Part shown: piece by piece, positions 47,340 to 57,087 of the stretch
Layout of the letters: every line of letters starts with the position of its first letter
Numbering within the stretch: position 1 is the stretch's first letter
Assembly (NCBI GenBank): GCA_965215015.1
Contig: OZ244042.1
Location: 3,168,001-3,232,000, forward strand
Length of the DNA: 64,000 nucleotides
Direction of reading: 5' to 3'
From: Candidatus Poribacteria bacterium
GTDB taxonomy: Bacteria > Poribacteria > WGA-4E > PCPOR2b
Position numbers and translations under genes: made by a program
The notes under the pieces: model-generated
Told to the model about the DNA's origin: nothing
The model's database searches: none
Seen by the model: only the letters and a program-made list of their open reading frames with translations

Positions 47340-48464
47340 TTAATTCCAACTAGCGATAAAGTCGTCAACACCAAAATCTTGAGGCATGTCGTAAAAGAAG
47401 TACTTCATCGGACCGCTCTGAAACAGCGGTTCGTACTGCTTTGTCTCCGATTGGAGCTTGCGATCGAGGACAGCGAATCGCTGCCAGAGTTGTTCCAATT
47501 CGTCGACAGTAAAATGGTCTGCCATGCGTTGGATGCAGGGCCCATTGGTATATTCCTCTGCATCAGAATCTTTATATTTGCGAATCAAGTAAGCAATCTT
47601 TGACAGGACAACTAAGGTAGTTATCCGGGCGTGTTCACTGCGGTGAATCCGGTGCAATCCTTCTGTAAAGGCATGTATATCTTTCTTAAGGATGGCGCGG
47701 AGTGTAAATGCGACGTCGTCGTGCCTTTTAGCGTGGAGCGTCTCAAAGTGGTGGCATCTCTCGGCTGCCCACGGTGACAAATGTTCCACAAATTCCACGC
47801 CCATTGTAGCGGGGAGGAAGAAATGTGTAAATCCTTCGGCACCAAAGGCTTGGTATCCAAAGTGAAGCGTCCGCCGTTTGTTATCGCCGTTTGGTGTGGC
47901 ACTATGCAGGATGGTGTTGATGTAGACGACGCCATCGCCGGGTTTGAGATTTACGGTAGTCTCTCCCGGCAGCGGAACAACTCCCATACGACGCTCCATT
48001 TTGCTTTCCGCTTCGGAATTGCGTCGAAGGTGGCTGCGGGGAATTACGTGTAAGTAGCTATCATCATAGAGCGCAAGATTCCACTGAAGATAAGGCGGGC
48101 CATTGAGCCGAATGTCTTCTTGTAATCCATCAAGTGGTGCCATATCAATTGGATGGATGTCACGGTGCCAACCTGTTCCTGAATGACACAACACCCACAT
48201 CCCTAACGGGGCAACATCAGGGGCGTCCATCAGTTTACGGCTGAAGTCTAGAGTGCGGCCATCAAAATAGAACTCCACAGCGTTGGCGGTTTGCTTATCA
48301 ACCCACTCGGTCACTGTTATCCGGCTCGAAGAGGGGGCTTTATCGATAATGGTGTCAACACTTTCACGTAATTGTTCTAATTCATCGGGCGGGATCATGT
48401 TGTGCACAATGACGTATCCTTCCCGCATGAGTTGCTCTCTTTGTTTTTCAAGGTTTGTTTCCAT
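47340..48464 (-). CDS. Phytanoyl-CoA dioxygenase (PhyH)-family protein
   Basis: EGYVIV, GWHRD, LHVIPRSH, LKPGDGV, ILHSA. Confidence 0.85.
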   Translation of the reverse strand: METNLEKQREQLMREGYVIVHNMIPPDELEQLRESVDTIIDKAPSSSRITVTEWVDKQTANAVEFYFDGRTLDFSRKLMDAPDVAPLGMWVLCHSGTGWHRDIHPIDMAPLDGLQEDIRLNGPPYLQWNLALYDDSYLHVIPRSHLRRNSEAESKMERRMGVVPLPGETTVNLKPGDGVVYINTILHSATPNGDNKRRTLHFGYQAFGAEGFTHFFLPATMGVEFVEHLSPWAAERCHHFETLHAKRHDDVAFTLRAILKKDIHAFTEGLHRIHRSEHARITTLVVLSKIAYLIRKYKDSDAEEYTNGPCIQRMADHFTVDELEQLWQRFAVLDRKLQSETKQYEPLFQSGPMKYFFYDMPQDFGVDDFIASWN

Positions 48465-48588
48465 TGGTTCACTCCATTCTGACTAGCCACTTTCAGCAGG
48501 CAGGGTTTTTAGGGGAAGATGCGCCACATCGGAGTAGGCGATATTATAGCACGATTCTATCAAGAAATCTATACATAAGCGTACAACC

Positions 48589-49488
48589 TTAGCCCATGAG
48601 ATCTCCCGCAAATGTCTCCCAAAGTTCTTCAACAAAATCCACCTGAATGGAATCAGGCATTTTGACGATGTGGTGCCGGATGCGAATCGAAAAGGATTCG
48701 CCGCTCTCAAAAATCCCCGTCCCCGGATAGGCAATGTAGTCCATTGCGATGCCACCCATTCCGGATGCGAGTCCGGCTGTCACGGCCGGCTCGGTGAAAA
48801 CGATGTGACGCCAACCTTTTGGACTAGGCTGCCCAACTAACACCGGTTGATACCAAGTATCCGCGACTTTGCCCCCGCCCCTGAGTGCGTGCGGGATCGA
48901 CCCGAGGCGTTCAAAGGTTGATTCAGGGGCAACGATATAAGCGTCCAAATGTCTGCCGCCGAGGCTTTCAAAAGTCTTGAACTGTTTATCCGCAGACCAA
49001 TAGAATTGGCTTTTTTCCCTGTTGGTTTCGGTATAGCAGGCAAAAAATTGGGCATACTCAACGAAATTGATGGGGCTACAATTCCGGATTGTTTGCCGGC
49101 AGTTGTATGTGAGCAAGTCCTCACGGTCTTGAGGTTGGAAGAACCATTCTTGGTGGGTCTGGATGTTGTCGCATGTATACTCACTTGTAACGCAGATTTC
49201 GCTCCCCTGTTCTTTGTAGCCGGAGGTTGCTGGTACAAGCCGTGGCCACTTCTCATCTCCGCGACCGTGGTCCTTCCACCACTGCCACTCTCGACAGTCC
49301 CATGATCCATCATCGTAAACCAACTCAAGTCCTTCAGCCGCAACGGAAAAACTAGCGACACCTGTGTGGGTGTGTCCCGCTGTCCGCATCCGAACCGATC
49401 CCAACGCCCGCCCATCTTGATGACGCAGCGTGATGTCGGCAAACGAAATACCTTCGCCATCCTGATATATTCCTCGCCTTGATTCCAT
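48589..49488 (-). CDS. Hypothetical protein
   Basis: 299-aa ORF with AAGGA RBS; no motif recognised. Confidence 0.7.
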   Translation of the reverse strand: MESRRGIYQDGEGISFADITLRHQDGRALGSVRMRTAGHTHTGVASFSVAAEGLELVYDDGSWDCREWQWWKDHGRGDEKWPRLVPATSGYKEQGSEICVTSEYTCDNIQTHQEWFFQPQDREDLLTYNCRQTIRNCSPINFVEYAQFFACYTETNREKSQFYWSADKQFKTFESLGGRHLDAYIVAPESTFERLGSIPHALRGGGKVADTWYQPVLVGQPSPKGWRHIVFTEPAVTAGLASGMGGIAMDYIAYPGTGIFESGESFSIRIRHHIVKMPDSIQVDFVEELWETFAGDLMG

Positions 49489-49553
49489 CGGTATTCCTTT
49501 CCCTACTTTTACCTGACGCGACGCTTTATTTTTAGTGATGGTATATTGTCTTT

Positions 49554-49769
49554 TTGACGTACTCCCAAAGATAAATGTTTGGGATTCTTATGATAGATTG
49601 ACCAGTAGCAGTTGCTCTATGCCATCTTCTTAGTTCGATAATTCTTACATCGATGACTGAGGTCTTACGGACCTCCACAAGCCTTTAGCCGCTCCGTGTG
49701 TCCCACGGCGAGGGTTCTCAGATTTATTGCAGCATTAAGGTCCCTGTCTTGTGTGCCCACACGCACTGC
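49554..49769 (-). mobile_element. Orphan 3' end of an IS200/IS605 tnpB with right-end / omegaRNA region
   Basis: Minus strand encodes CSACGH..DRDLNAAINLRTLAVGHTERLKACGGP* (one frameshift) and ends GAATCCCAAACATTTATCTTTGGGAGTACGTCAA. Confidence 0.8.
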
Positions 49770-49790
49770 AACAGAACCTAGCAACTTGAG

Positions 49791-50813
49791 TTATTCTACC
49801 CAAACCTCCCGAAAAAGCCGGACCCAGTTTCCGCCAAGGATTTTGGTAACCTCGTCCGGTTTGTAGCCTCGTTTTAAGAGCGCGGTGCCCAAGTCTGGAA
49901 ACTTGTCGGGTGTGTCAAAGCCCTTGGGAGACATCGGTAACTGGTCGTAGCGCACAGCTGGATTCACAAAGGTAGACGGGTATTTTGTCCCCTGCTGCGC
50001 GCCAATATACTCCCAGAAAGAGACTGGTTGATCCTGTGTAAAGTCGGTACCAACGCCCACATGGTCGATCCCTACCCGTTCCACCATGTCTTCAATCGCA
50101 TCCACATAGTCCTCCAGTGTGGATTCAAATTGGGTCGGCAAGAATGAGGTAATAGAAGTTGCACCGATAACGCCCTTCCGCTCCGCCAACAATTTCAGCG
50201 CATCGTCGGTCTTATTTCGAGGATGGTTGAAATAGGAACGGGCGTTCGCGTGGGTAATCGCAACAGGTTTTTCCGACAGTCCTATTGCCTCCAGTGTGGT
50301 GCGATCGCCGACATGGGAAAGGTCAATCAGAATCCCCAGCGCATTCATCTCCCGTATCGCGTCAAGGCCAAAGTTGCTCAAACCTTCGTCTCTACGCTCC
50401 CAACACCCATTTCCCAACAGATTCCGCTCATGGTAGGTCAACTGGATGACCCGCATCCCCAACGCATGAAACAGCGCGAGTCGGTCCAGATCATTCTCGA
50501 TAGGAGAGGCATTCTGGGAACCGAGAATTATACCAACTTTTCCGTTCTGCTTGGCTTGGAGGAGTTCGCCTACAGTCTTCACCTGTACCAGAATGTCGTT
50601 GTATTCCCTAAATCGGCGAAACCAAGCGGCGATATTATCCAAAGTCTCCTGATAGTTTTCCCACGTTGCGACAGTAGCGTTGATAGTTGTAACACCCCCA
50701 GCGTGCAAGCTCTGGAACACAGCGGGGCTCTCCCAATTACTCACATTCAAGCAATCTATCACCACAGCTTCTTCGTAAAGTTGCCTTGCAGCGTCTGCCT
50801 CCGGCGTTGTCAT
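49791..50813 (-). CDS. Membrane dipeptidase (peptidase M19) family protein
   Basis: RVIQLTY, IDLSHVG, ITHAN, PRNKTD, HVGVGTDF, ILGGNWVR. Confidence 0.9.
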   Translation of the reverse strand: MTTPEADAARQLYEEAVVIDCLNVSNWESPAVFQSLHAGGVTTINATVATWENYQETLDNIAAWFRRFREYNDILVQVKTVGELLQAKQNGKVGIILGSQNASPIENDLDRLALFHALGMRVIQLTYHERNLLGNGCWERRDEGLSNFGLDAIREMNALGILIDLSHVGDRTTLEAIGLSEKPVAITHANARSYFNHPRNKTDDALKLLAERKGVIGATSITSFLPTQFESTLEDYVDAIEDMVERVGIDHVGVGTDFTQDQPVSFWEYIGAQQGTKYPSTFVNPAVRYDQLPMSPKGFDTPDKFPDLGTALLKRGYKPDEVTKILGGNWVRLFREVWVE

Positions 50814-50837
50814 TTCAGTCTCCCTTCAGGGTTGATA

Positions 50838-51586
50838 TCAGGCGTGTTTTTTACGGAGCAGCTCTGCTGCCTGACACATTACTTTTAGCTTCAGGTACGC
50901 TTCGTCTAAATTCATAGGGTTCTGAACCGATGGTGAAAAGCCGCAATCCGGATGCAGCGTAATGCGTTCTTTGTCCACATAGCGCATGGCTGTCTCCACC
51001 CGGGCTATTATATCTTCTGGTGTCTCTACCTGCGGGTTACAATGGTCAATGCAGCTAAGCCCCAATTGGGCATTCTCAGGAAATTGAGCCAGCGACGCCA
51101 AACCGCCTGCGACTGGAATAGCATACTCCATCGAAATTGTGCCGGACCTTTGTCAGTCCTGGCATGATTAGGTCGTAAGGTCCTTCTGTGCCATGTTCAC
51201 GGTCAAAGTGCGCGTGGCACAGGTGCATCCCTGTATCAACGCCCTCAATTCCGTCCAGTGTTTGGTTAATCAAATCCACACACTGGTCCATCTCATACTG
51301 AACATCAGAGACGTCCTCTCGTTCTCGAAAGGCGGGATCAACCATGGCACTCAGCCACGGCTCATCAAGTTGCACGGTGTCCGCCCCCGCTTCACGGAGA
51401 AGCTCAATTTCCTGCCGCAAAATCGGCACACAATCGATCATCAATTTCTCACGGATAGGATAGGCAGCTTTTGAATGTTCAGGATGCCACATCCGCCCCC
51501 TCCTTTCGATCAAGGATCAGCTCCCGCACCCATGCGGGTCGAGGTAGGCTGCCGATGACGGTTGTGGGAAATAGTATGTTTGACAT
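50838..51586 (-). pseudogene. Cobalamin-independent methionine synthase II (MetE C-terminal type) pseudogene
   Basis: MSNILFPTTVIGSLPRP start, VQLDEP, MHLCH, HPDCGF spread over separate fragments with frameshifts and an internal deletion. Confidence 0.85.
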
Positions 51587-51724
51587 GATTATTTTCTGCG
51601 CCTAGCAATCTCTGTTTTGAATGTGCCCTCTTGACAATCCTCTCTTATTAAATATAGGAAATATTATAGCATGATTCGACCAAAAGATGCTATTATGATT
51701 CGTCGGAAAATAAACGGGAATCAA

Positions 51725-51754
51725 TTGACACCCTTTTGGAACGGGTGCTATAAT
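51725..51754 (+). promoter_or_regulatory. sigma70-type promoter
   Basis: TTGACA-N18-TATAAT with extended -10 TG. Confidence 0.65.
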
Positions 51755-51860
51755 TTTTGAGAGTGTAAATTTGTAGATAGATTTACGTGAATATTCTCTG
51801 AGTTTCTCATGGTTCTGTGATATACTTTGAGCACAAATAACAGATAATGAAATGGGGATA

Positions 51861-51990
51861 AGTCGTTACTGGCTTCTAATAAAACGCAAAGCCGCACCCC
51901 CCTCAGTCCCCCCGCAAGCGTTGGGGAATTTGCAAGCAGGGGGTAAGGGGTGTGACTTTGCGTTAAATTCAGAGAAAAGCCAATAACTAC
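51861..51990. repeat. Long imperfect inverted repeat (MITE/REP-like hairpin)
   Basis: agtcgttactggctt..aacgcaaagccgcacccc / ggggtgtgactttgcgtt..aagccaataactact. Confidence 0.7.
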
Positions 51991-51993
51991 TCA

Positions 51994-53472
51994 TTGCGTT
52001 ACGTTTTGTGCAATGGACTCATGAACCAATCCCGGTCGGAAAGGACACACGTTGCATTGCAAGGACAAAGACAAGTGACCAAAGACTTACCACGGATTCG
52101 CGTCCGCTCCCGTTTCTCAGAAACAGGGGTACAAAAGCAAGAAATCAGATACTTACCAGCATTCAATATGCGGTATAATGTGCGTCGAACCGTACATCGG
52201 GGATGGAACGTACGGGCATTGACTATCACTCTCATATTGCATTTGATTGTGGCGTTTTTTGTGATGCAGTCGATCCAAGAGCACATCGTAGAATACGACG
52301 GTATCTACATAGAGTGGGTTGAATTGCCGCCCCAATCTCGTACATTGATAAAAACTCGCCAGGTTCAACGGGTCAAAGTCCGTAACGACACTGCCTCTCG
52401 AGCAAAGGTAGTGGTACCGGTACTGTCAGCAACTAATACCCAAGAACTGCCTACGCTAAAGGTTGCAGAATTGGATATGCAGATACGTGGGGACACAGAA
52501 AGACGCCTCCCCGATTCCCCCAAAGAGCCCAGAATCGATAGGGGGAGTTATACCCGGTCTGGTCATGGAAGAAATGCGAGGGATTCGATCATTGGAGAGG
52601 CCTACGGAGAAAATGACGAGAGCACCTCCTCAAGATCAGATTTAGCACTTGCCCCAGATGAGGCACTTGAGTTGGCGGATGAAAACCTAGTCCCTGAAGA
52701 TCGCTTGGGAGCAGTCCTAGAGGGAGAAGGTATCGAGATTCGTGGACATATTCGCCTGATTCGACTTAAGCACTCCCTTTCCGACTGGTGGCAAGATCCA
52801 AGCGCGATACCGAGTTTTGCAAAGTGGCTCGAAGAGAACACTGAGCTCCGCGCCGACATGAATTATGCGGGAGGTGCGCTTCGGATGACTGATCCACGCA
52901 TTCTTAATGCTCCGATGGTTATCATGACGGGGCACGACAAGGACATGACTGTTGGACGCAATCTTGCCACACCGGATCGCAAAGATGCACCATTGGCGGC
53001 ACATTTTTCCTCAGAAGAACGCGCAGCACTGCGGAAGTATATCGTTGAACGAGGCGGGATGCTATTTTTCGATGACTGTGGGTTCAACGGCTTGTTCGCC
53101 GCAACGGTTGCTAATGAGTTATACAGAATCTTTCCTGAATATCCACTGAAGAGCCTGATGCACACCCATAAAATCTATAGTATCTACTATGATCTCCCCC
53201 GACCGCCGACAGGTGGTGATGTTTTCTGGAGATCTGAAAACCATCCCAAACCGTCACAGTTCAAATACCAAAAAGGTATCACTATTAACAATCGGCTTGG
53301 GGTTGTCTATAATCGCAAAGACTATTTGTGTGCAATGGAGACGGTGGAGATTCAAAGCCGCACTATGTTGCGGATGCGTCGCTCGAAAGATGTCCATCGC
53401 TTTATGACAAACTTACTGATTTATACGATGAAGTACGGAGGGAATACGGATCGATCGGGGTATAGACCGTAG
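51994..53472 (+). CDS. Membrane-anchored DUF4159-like protein (true start probably downstream)
   Basis: TM helix LILHLIV, linker, C-terminal DWWQDP / MTGH / LRKYIVERGGMLFFDDCG. Confidence 0.7.
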   Translation: MRYVLCNGLMNQSRSERTHVALQGQRQVTKDLPRIRVRSRFSETGVQKQEIRYLPAFNMRYNVRRTVHRGWNVRALTITLILHLIVAFFVMQSIQEHIVEYDGIYIEWVELPPQSRTLIKTRQVQRVKVRNDTASRAKVVVPVLSATNTQELPTLKVAELDMQIRGDTERRLPDSPKEPRIDRGSYTRSGHGRNARDSIIGEAYGENDESTSSRSDLALAPDEALELADENLVPEDRLGAVLEGEGIEIRGHIRLIRLKHSLSDWWQDPSAIPSFAKWLEENTELRADMNYAGGALRMTDPRILNAPMVIMTGHDKDMTVGRNLATPDRKDAPLAAHFSSEERAALRKYIVERGGMLFFDDCGFNGLFAATVANELYRIFPEYPLKSLMHTHKIYSIYYDLPRPPTGGDVFWRSENHPKPSQFKYQKGITINNRLGVVYNRKDYLCAMETVEIQSRTMLRMRRSKDVHRFMTNLLIYTMKYGGNTDRSGYRP

Positions 53473-53792
53473 GCATTACCGCTAAAAGATTTCAACCTCC
53501 AACCCGACCGCGAGCGTTACCAGTGATTTTAGGTGAGTTGGATGCAGTGGGATGCCGCTACGCAAAATATCCTACATAGTGCAGTCACTCGAGCTCACCG
53601 GGGAGATAAATTCGTTCGATGCCTTCAGCGCGTGGAGTGTTGCGGACAGTACGGATTTCAGCATCCACTGCTTCCGTAAAGTGATTGAGGGATAAATTAA
53701 GAAACGGAGCAACCCCTTTCAACAGGTGTTATCTAAACGCGCCATCTACTTCTCCATAACACCAAATCTCATTTAGCAAAGGAGAATTAGGT

Positions 53793-54212
53793 ATGGTTAG
53801 ATTGGTTATAATTGTCGCCATTGCTATCGTCATTGTTACTACTGGTCTAATTATTTTTATAATATCTTGGAGCGAGGATTCCTCGCGAATATCTCAGGAG
53901 GGGGAGCCTGCTCCAATAGGTCCGGGCAGGGCAACACCTGTAACTGTACCTATCTCTATTAACGCTATACCATGGGCAAGAGTTTTCATAAAGCTACCTG
54001 AAAACGGTTATTTCATGGAGCCACGGGCACGAGATTTCACAATACCCCCTGAACCCTACGGAAGAAATTCTAACATTACTCCGATACCAGGCGATCTGAA
54101 AGTCCCGATTGGGACAGCAATCAAGTTAATGTATCGTGGGAAAGAAAAAATCTTCTCTTACGAGGCATGGAAAGATGAAAAGGCAATTTCACACGATTTT
54201 TTAAATCAATGA
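53793..54212 (+). CDS. Single-TM hypothetical protein (PEGA-like INAIPWARVF segment)
   Basis: AGGAG RBS, N-terminal TM. Confidence 0.65.
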   Translation: MVRLVIIVAIAIVIVTTGLIIFIISWSEDSSRISQEGEPAPIGPGRATPVTVPISINAIPWARVFIKLPENGYFMEPRARDFTIPPEPYGRNSNITPIPGDLKVPIGTAIKLMYRGKEKIFSYEAWKDEKAISHDFLNQ

Positions 54213-54252
54213 TGGTATTTAAGAGCGTACTTCTGTAAAAGGATACAATTTT

Positions 54253-56940
54253 ATGCAACGTCAGCAAAAATTATTACTGAGTTTTATAGTTGGGGGACTT
54301 ATGCTGTTCTACGGAATAGCTGTGGCAGCTGCCCTGACTCCCCAAGAGATTGCTAAAATCGCTTTAGGTTCTACGGTACACCTGTATATCATAAATACTG
54401 AGGGCGGGAGCATTGGTCGTGGTAGCGGATTTTTCGTTGGCTCCAACCGGGTTGCAACTAACTATCACGTTATCGAACCTATCTTAAATGAGGGTGCACT
54501 CGGAGGCGCGAAGTTGGTTGGAAAGGACGAAATATACGCCATTGAGGATATCGTTAGCTCTGATAAGGAGAAAGATCTGGCAATAATAAAAGTCAGAGAC
54601 GTAAAAGGTACAGGGATCGACGTACCTGCGCTCCCCCTTGGTGACAGTGATGCGGTTCAAATTGGTGAGCAGATCTATGTGGCGGGCAATCCACAGGGAT
54701 TGGAAGGTACATTCTCGAATGGTATTATCAGTGCAATTCGACCAGTAGTTCGAGGCAAAATACTCCAGATGACAGCCCCGATTTCGCCGGGGAGCAGTGG
54801 CGGTCCCGTCCTAAACGAAAGCGGTGAAGTCATTGGTATCTCTGTCAGTTCTCGTGGAGATGCACAAAATCTCAATTTCGCTATTCCCGTAAATGATCTC
54901 AAGCGACTGGCTAATATACCAATCACTCCGACCCCCGTTAAGCCGACACCCGTCAAACCCAAGGTCGGATCTCCGCCTATCAAGCCAAAACCGGTCAAAC
55001 CCAAGGTCAATCCACCACTTGTCGAACCGAAACCGGTCAAGCCCCAAGGCGATCCATCACCCGTCAAACCGAAACCGGTTAAACCTCCAAAGGATCCACC
55101 AAAGCTGGAGCCACCGAAACCCCGTGCCCGTCATGACGGGCTTAAAAAAGGAATCAAATTATATGAACAGGCAAAATACAATGAGGCAATCAAAGTCTTA
55201 AGCTCAACCATACGAGAGCTTGAAGATTCGGAACAGCAAGCACTAGCCTATCTTTACTTAGGCTGCTCAAAACGGGGATCCGGTGAAGGCTATGACAAAG
55301 TGAGAGAGCAATTCCGAGAATCAATTCGCCACAATCCAAATCAAAAATTGCCGCCAAGGGTAGGGAAAGATCACCCAATTTTTGCTGAGGTGCTCGACGA
55401 AGTACGCAAAGAATTAACAGGTGAATTGACCGTAATCTCTTTGCTACCCCAAACGGAGATCTGGATTTATGGCACGGGAACTGATAGGAAACTGTTAGGC
55501 ACTGGAATCGTCAGCAGCAGGTTACTTAGGGGCAACTATATTGTAGAAGGCATTTATGGAGAGAAATCCCAAAGGAAAACGATTGCAATCGAACCCAATC
55601 GCCCTGAGGTACTATATCTTGAGATACCACCCATTGTGGAGCATGATTCTCCTTCAAGAATATCCGTCGGCGAAAGAATCCCACTTACATTGAATCTAAT
55701 CAGCTCTAAAGGTCCCCAACAGGTTACGATCAACTACAAGACCTATGATAGAGACGGCAATGAATTAGAACAGAACAATCAAGATATGCGTTTGTGGGAT
55801 CAGCAATCCGAATCATCGACGTGGATCTACAAGGTGGGTTTACCTTCACAAAAATACGTTGGTTCGATTGGGTACTACATTGAGGTCGTATATGAGAACC
55901 GTTTGATGTTTAGGCAGCCGGCCACCCAAAACCGTCATTATCAAATCTCTATTTTTGATGATAAGCCTCCAAGTATTGATCTACTAAATCCACCTGAACG
56001 TGCCCAATTCAGAGTCAATCAACAAACCACCGTCAGAGCAGAGGTGATAGATAACAGCGTTGTAGAGGAAGTTCGTATTTATTTTTTAGCACCCAATGAC
56101 CAAATCCAAAAACTGTTCAAAGAAGGATCCTCGGATATGTACATTAAAAATATTACATTCACGCAAGCTGGATCCGTAGAGTATTATTTAACCGCAACTG
56201 ATGAAGCGGGAAACGAAAGCCAATCGGAATCGAGACATATAGACATTAGACTGGAAGCGGTTCCGCAAAAACCAGTGGAAGAGCCGCAAGAAGATAAAGA
56301 AACTCTTGAAGATGAAGAGTGGGTTACTCCAATTGAACCGGGTACCCCTGGAAAGCCCGGTGCAGGGGGGCCGCCTCCTTTTCCTCTAGTCAAACCGGTC
56401 TCCCCAAATATATCAAGGAATCTGGTATATCAAGGAATCTGGGCAAGTGTCGCTGCTAACGACGCTTCTACTTCTGATTGGGATGGGGGTAATATGTTCA
56501 GGCTCGCTTACCTACGTGAGGGTAAAACGCATCCAACGCTAGGTGCACGACTAGATTTGTCTCATCCAGATCGAACGAACTTGAGTGCAATTGTTCAGTG
56601 GGGGCCCACTTTAGAAAATAGCAATATTGGATTGACGTTTCTGGGTGGCATTGCAGAGTACGAGAATTTTTTTGCTAAAGGCCCCGCGGCGAGATCAGCT
56701 CACGTGACACCTATTCTTGGTGCAGGTTTGAAGTTCTATCCGCATGAAAAAATTGTAATTGATGCCACAAGTTCAATTAAATTACGGTCAGATTATGACA
56801 CGACAGATCTCTATCACTATGAAATAGGAGCCCGTGTTTACATAATCCGCGAATTGAATCTGAGGATTGGATATGGCAAATTGTACTTAGGCAATCGAAA
56901 CTTCACCACTATGCAGGTTGGACTTGGATATACCTTTTGA
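54253..56940 (+). CDS. Exported trypsin-like (S1) serine protease with Pro/Lys linker, TPR, Ig-like domains and C-terminal beta-barrel-like region
   Basis: Triad motifs ATNYHV, KDLAII, ISPGSSGGP; PVKPKPVKP repeats; C-terminus QVGLGYTF. Confidence 0.82.
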   Translation: MQRQQKLLLSFIVGGLMLFYGIAVAAALTPQEIAKIALGSTVHLYIINTEGGSIGRGSGFFVGSNRVATNYHVIEPILNEGALGGAKLVGKDEIYAIEDIVSSDKEKDLAIIKVRDVKGTGIDVPALPLGDSDAVQIGEQIYVAGNPQGLEGTFSNGIISAIRPVVRGKILQMTAPISPGSSGGPVLNESGEVIGISVSSRGDAQNLNFAIPVNDLKRLANIPITPTPVKPTPVKPKVGSPPIKPKPVKPKVNPPLVEPKPVKPQGDPSPVKPKPVKPPKDPPKLEPPKPRARHDGLKKGIKLYEQAKYNEAIKVLSSTIRELEDSEQQALAYLYLGCSKRGSGEGYDKVREQFRESIRHNPNQKLPPRVGKDHPIFAEVLDEVRKELTGELTVISLLPQTEIWIYGTGTDRKLLGTGIVSSRLLRGNYIVEGIYGEKSQRKTIAIEPNRPEVLYLEIPPIVEHDSPSRISVGERIPLTLNLISSKGPQQVTINYKTYDRDGNELEQNNQDMRLWDQQSESSTWIYKVGLPSQKYVGSIGYYIEVVYENRLMFRQPATQNRHYQISIFDDKPPSIDLLNPPERAQFRVNQQTTVRAEVIDNSVVEEVRIYFLAPNDQIQKLFKEGSSDMYIKNITFTQAGSVEYYLTATDEAGNESQSESRHIDIRLEAVPQKPVEEPQEDKETLEDEEWVTPIEPGTPGKPGAGGPPPFPLVKPVSPNISRNLVYQGIWASVAANDASTSDWDGGNMFRLAYLREGKTHPTLGARLDLSHPDRTNLSAIVQWGPTLENSNIGLTFLGGIAEYENFFAKGPAARSAHVTPILGAGLKFYPHEKIVIDATSSIKLRSDYDTTDLYHYEIGARVYIIRELNLRIGYGKLYLGNRNFTTMQVGLGYTF

Positions 56941-56989
56941 ATTACCCTACCAAGGGCACCCCTTGGGGTTACCGCTACAGACCCAAGCC

Positions 56990-57087
56990 ACCCCCTAACC
57001 CCCCCGCAAGCAGGGGGAAGAGAACCGAGTGGGTATTCGGGATTAGAGGGGGCTGCCCAAAATGCTGTCAAGTGTCAACAGAACCTG
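56990..57087. repeat. Partial copy of the 44999-45222 MITE overlapping the purB stop
   Basis: cccgcaagcagggggaagagaaccgagtgggtattcgggattagagggggg...gtcaacagaacct matches 45110-45220. Confidence 0.75.

Noticed and set aside
53480-53760. Possible ncRNA or 47-codon ORF between the DUF4159-like gene and the next gene
   Set aside because: No recognisable structure, RBS or family motif
54920-55125. Pro/Lys tandem repeats as a non-coding array
   Set aside because: In-frame low-complexity linker of the protease with synonymous variation
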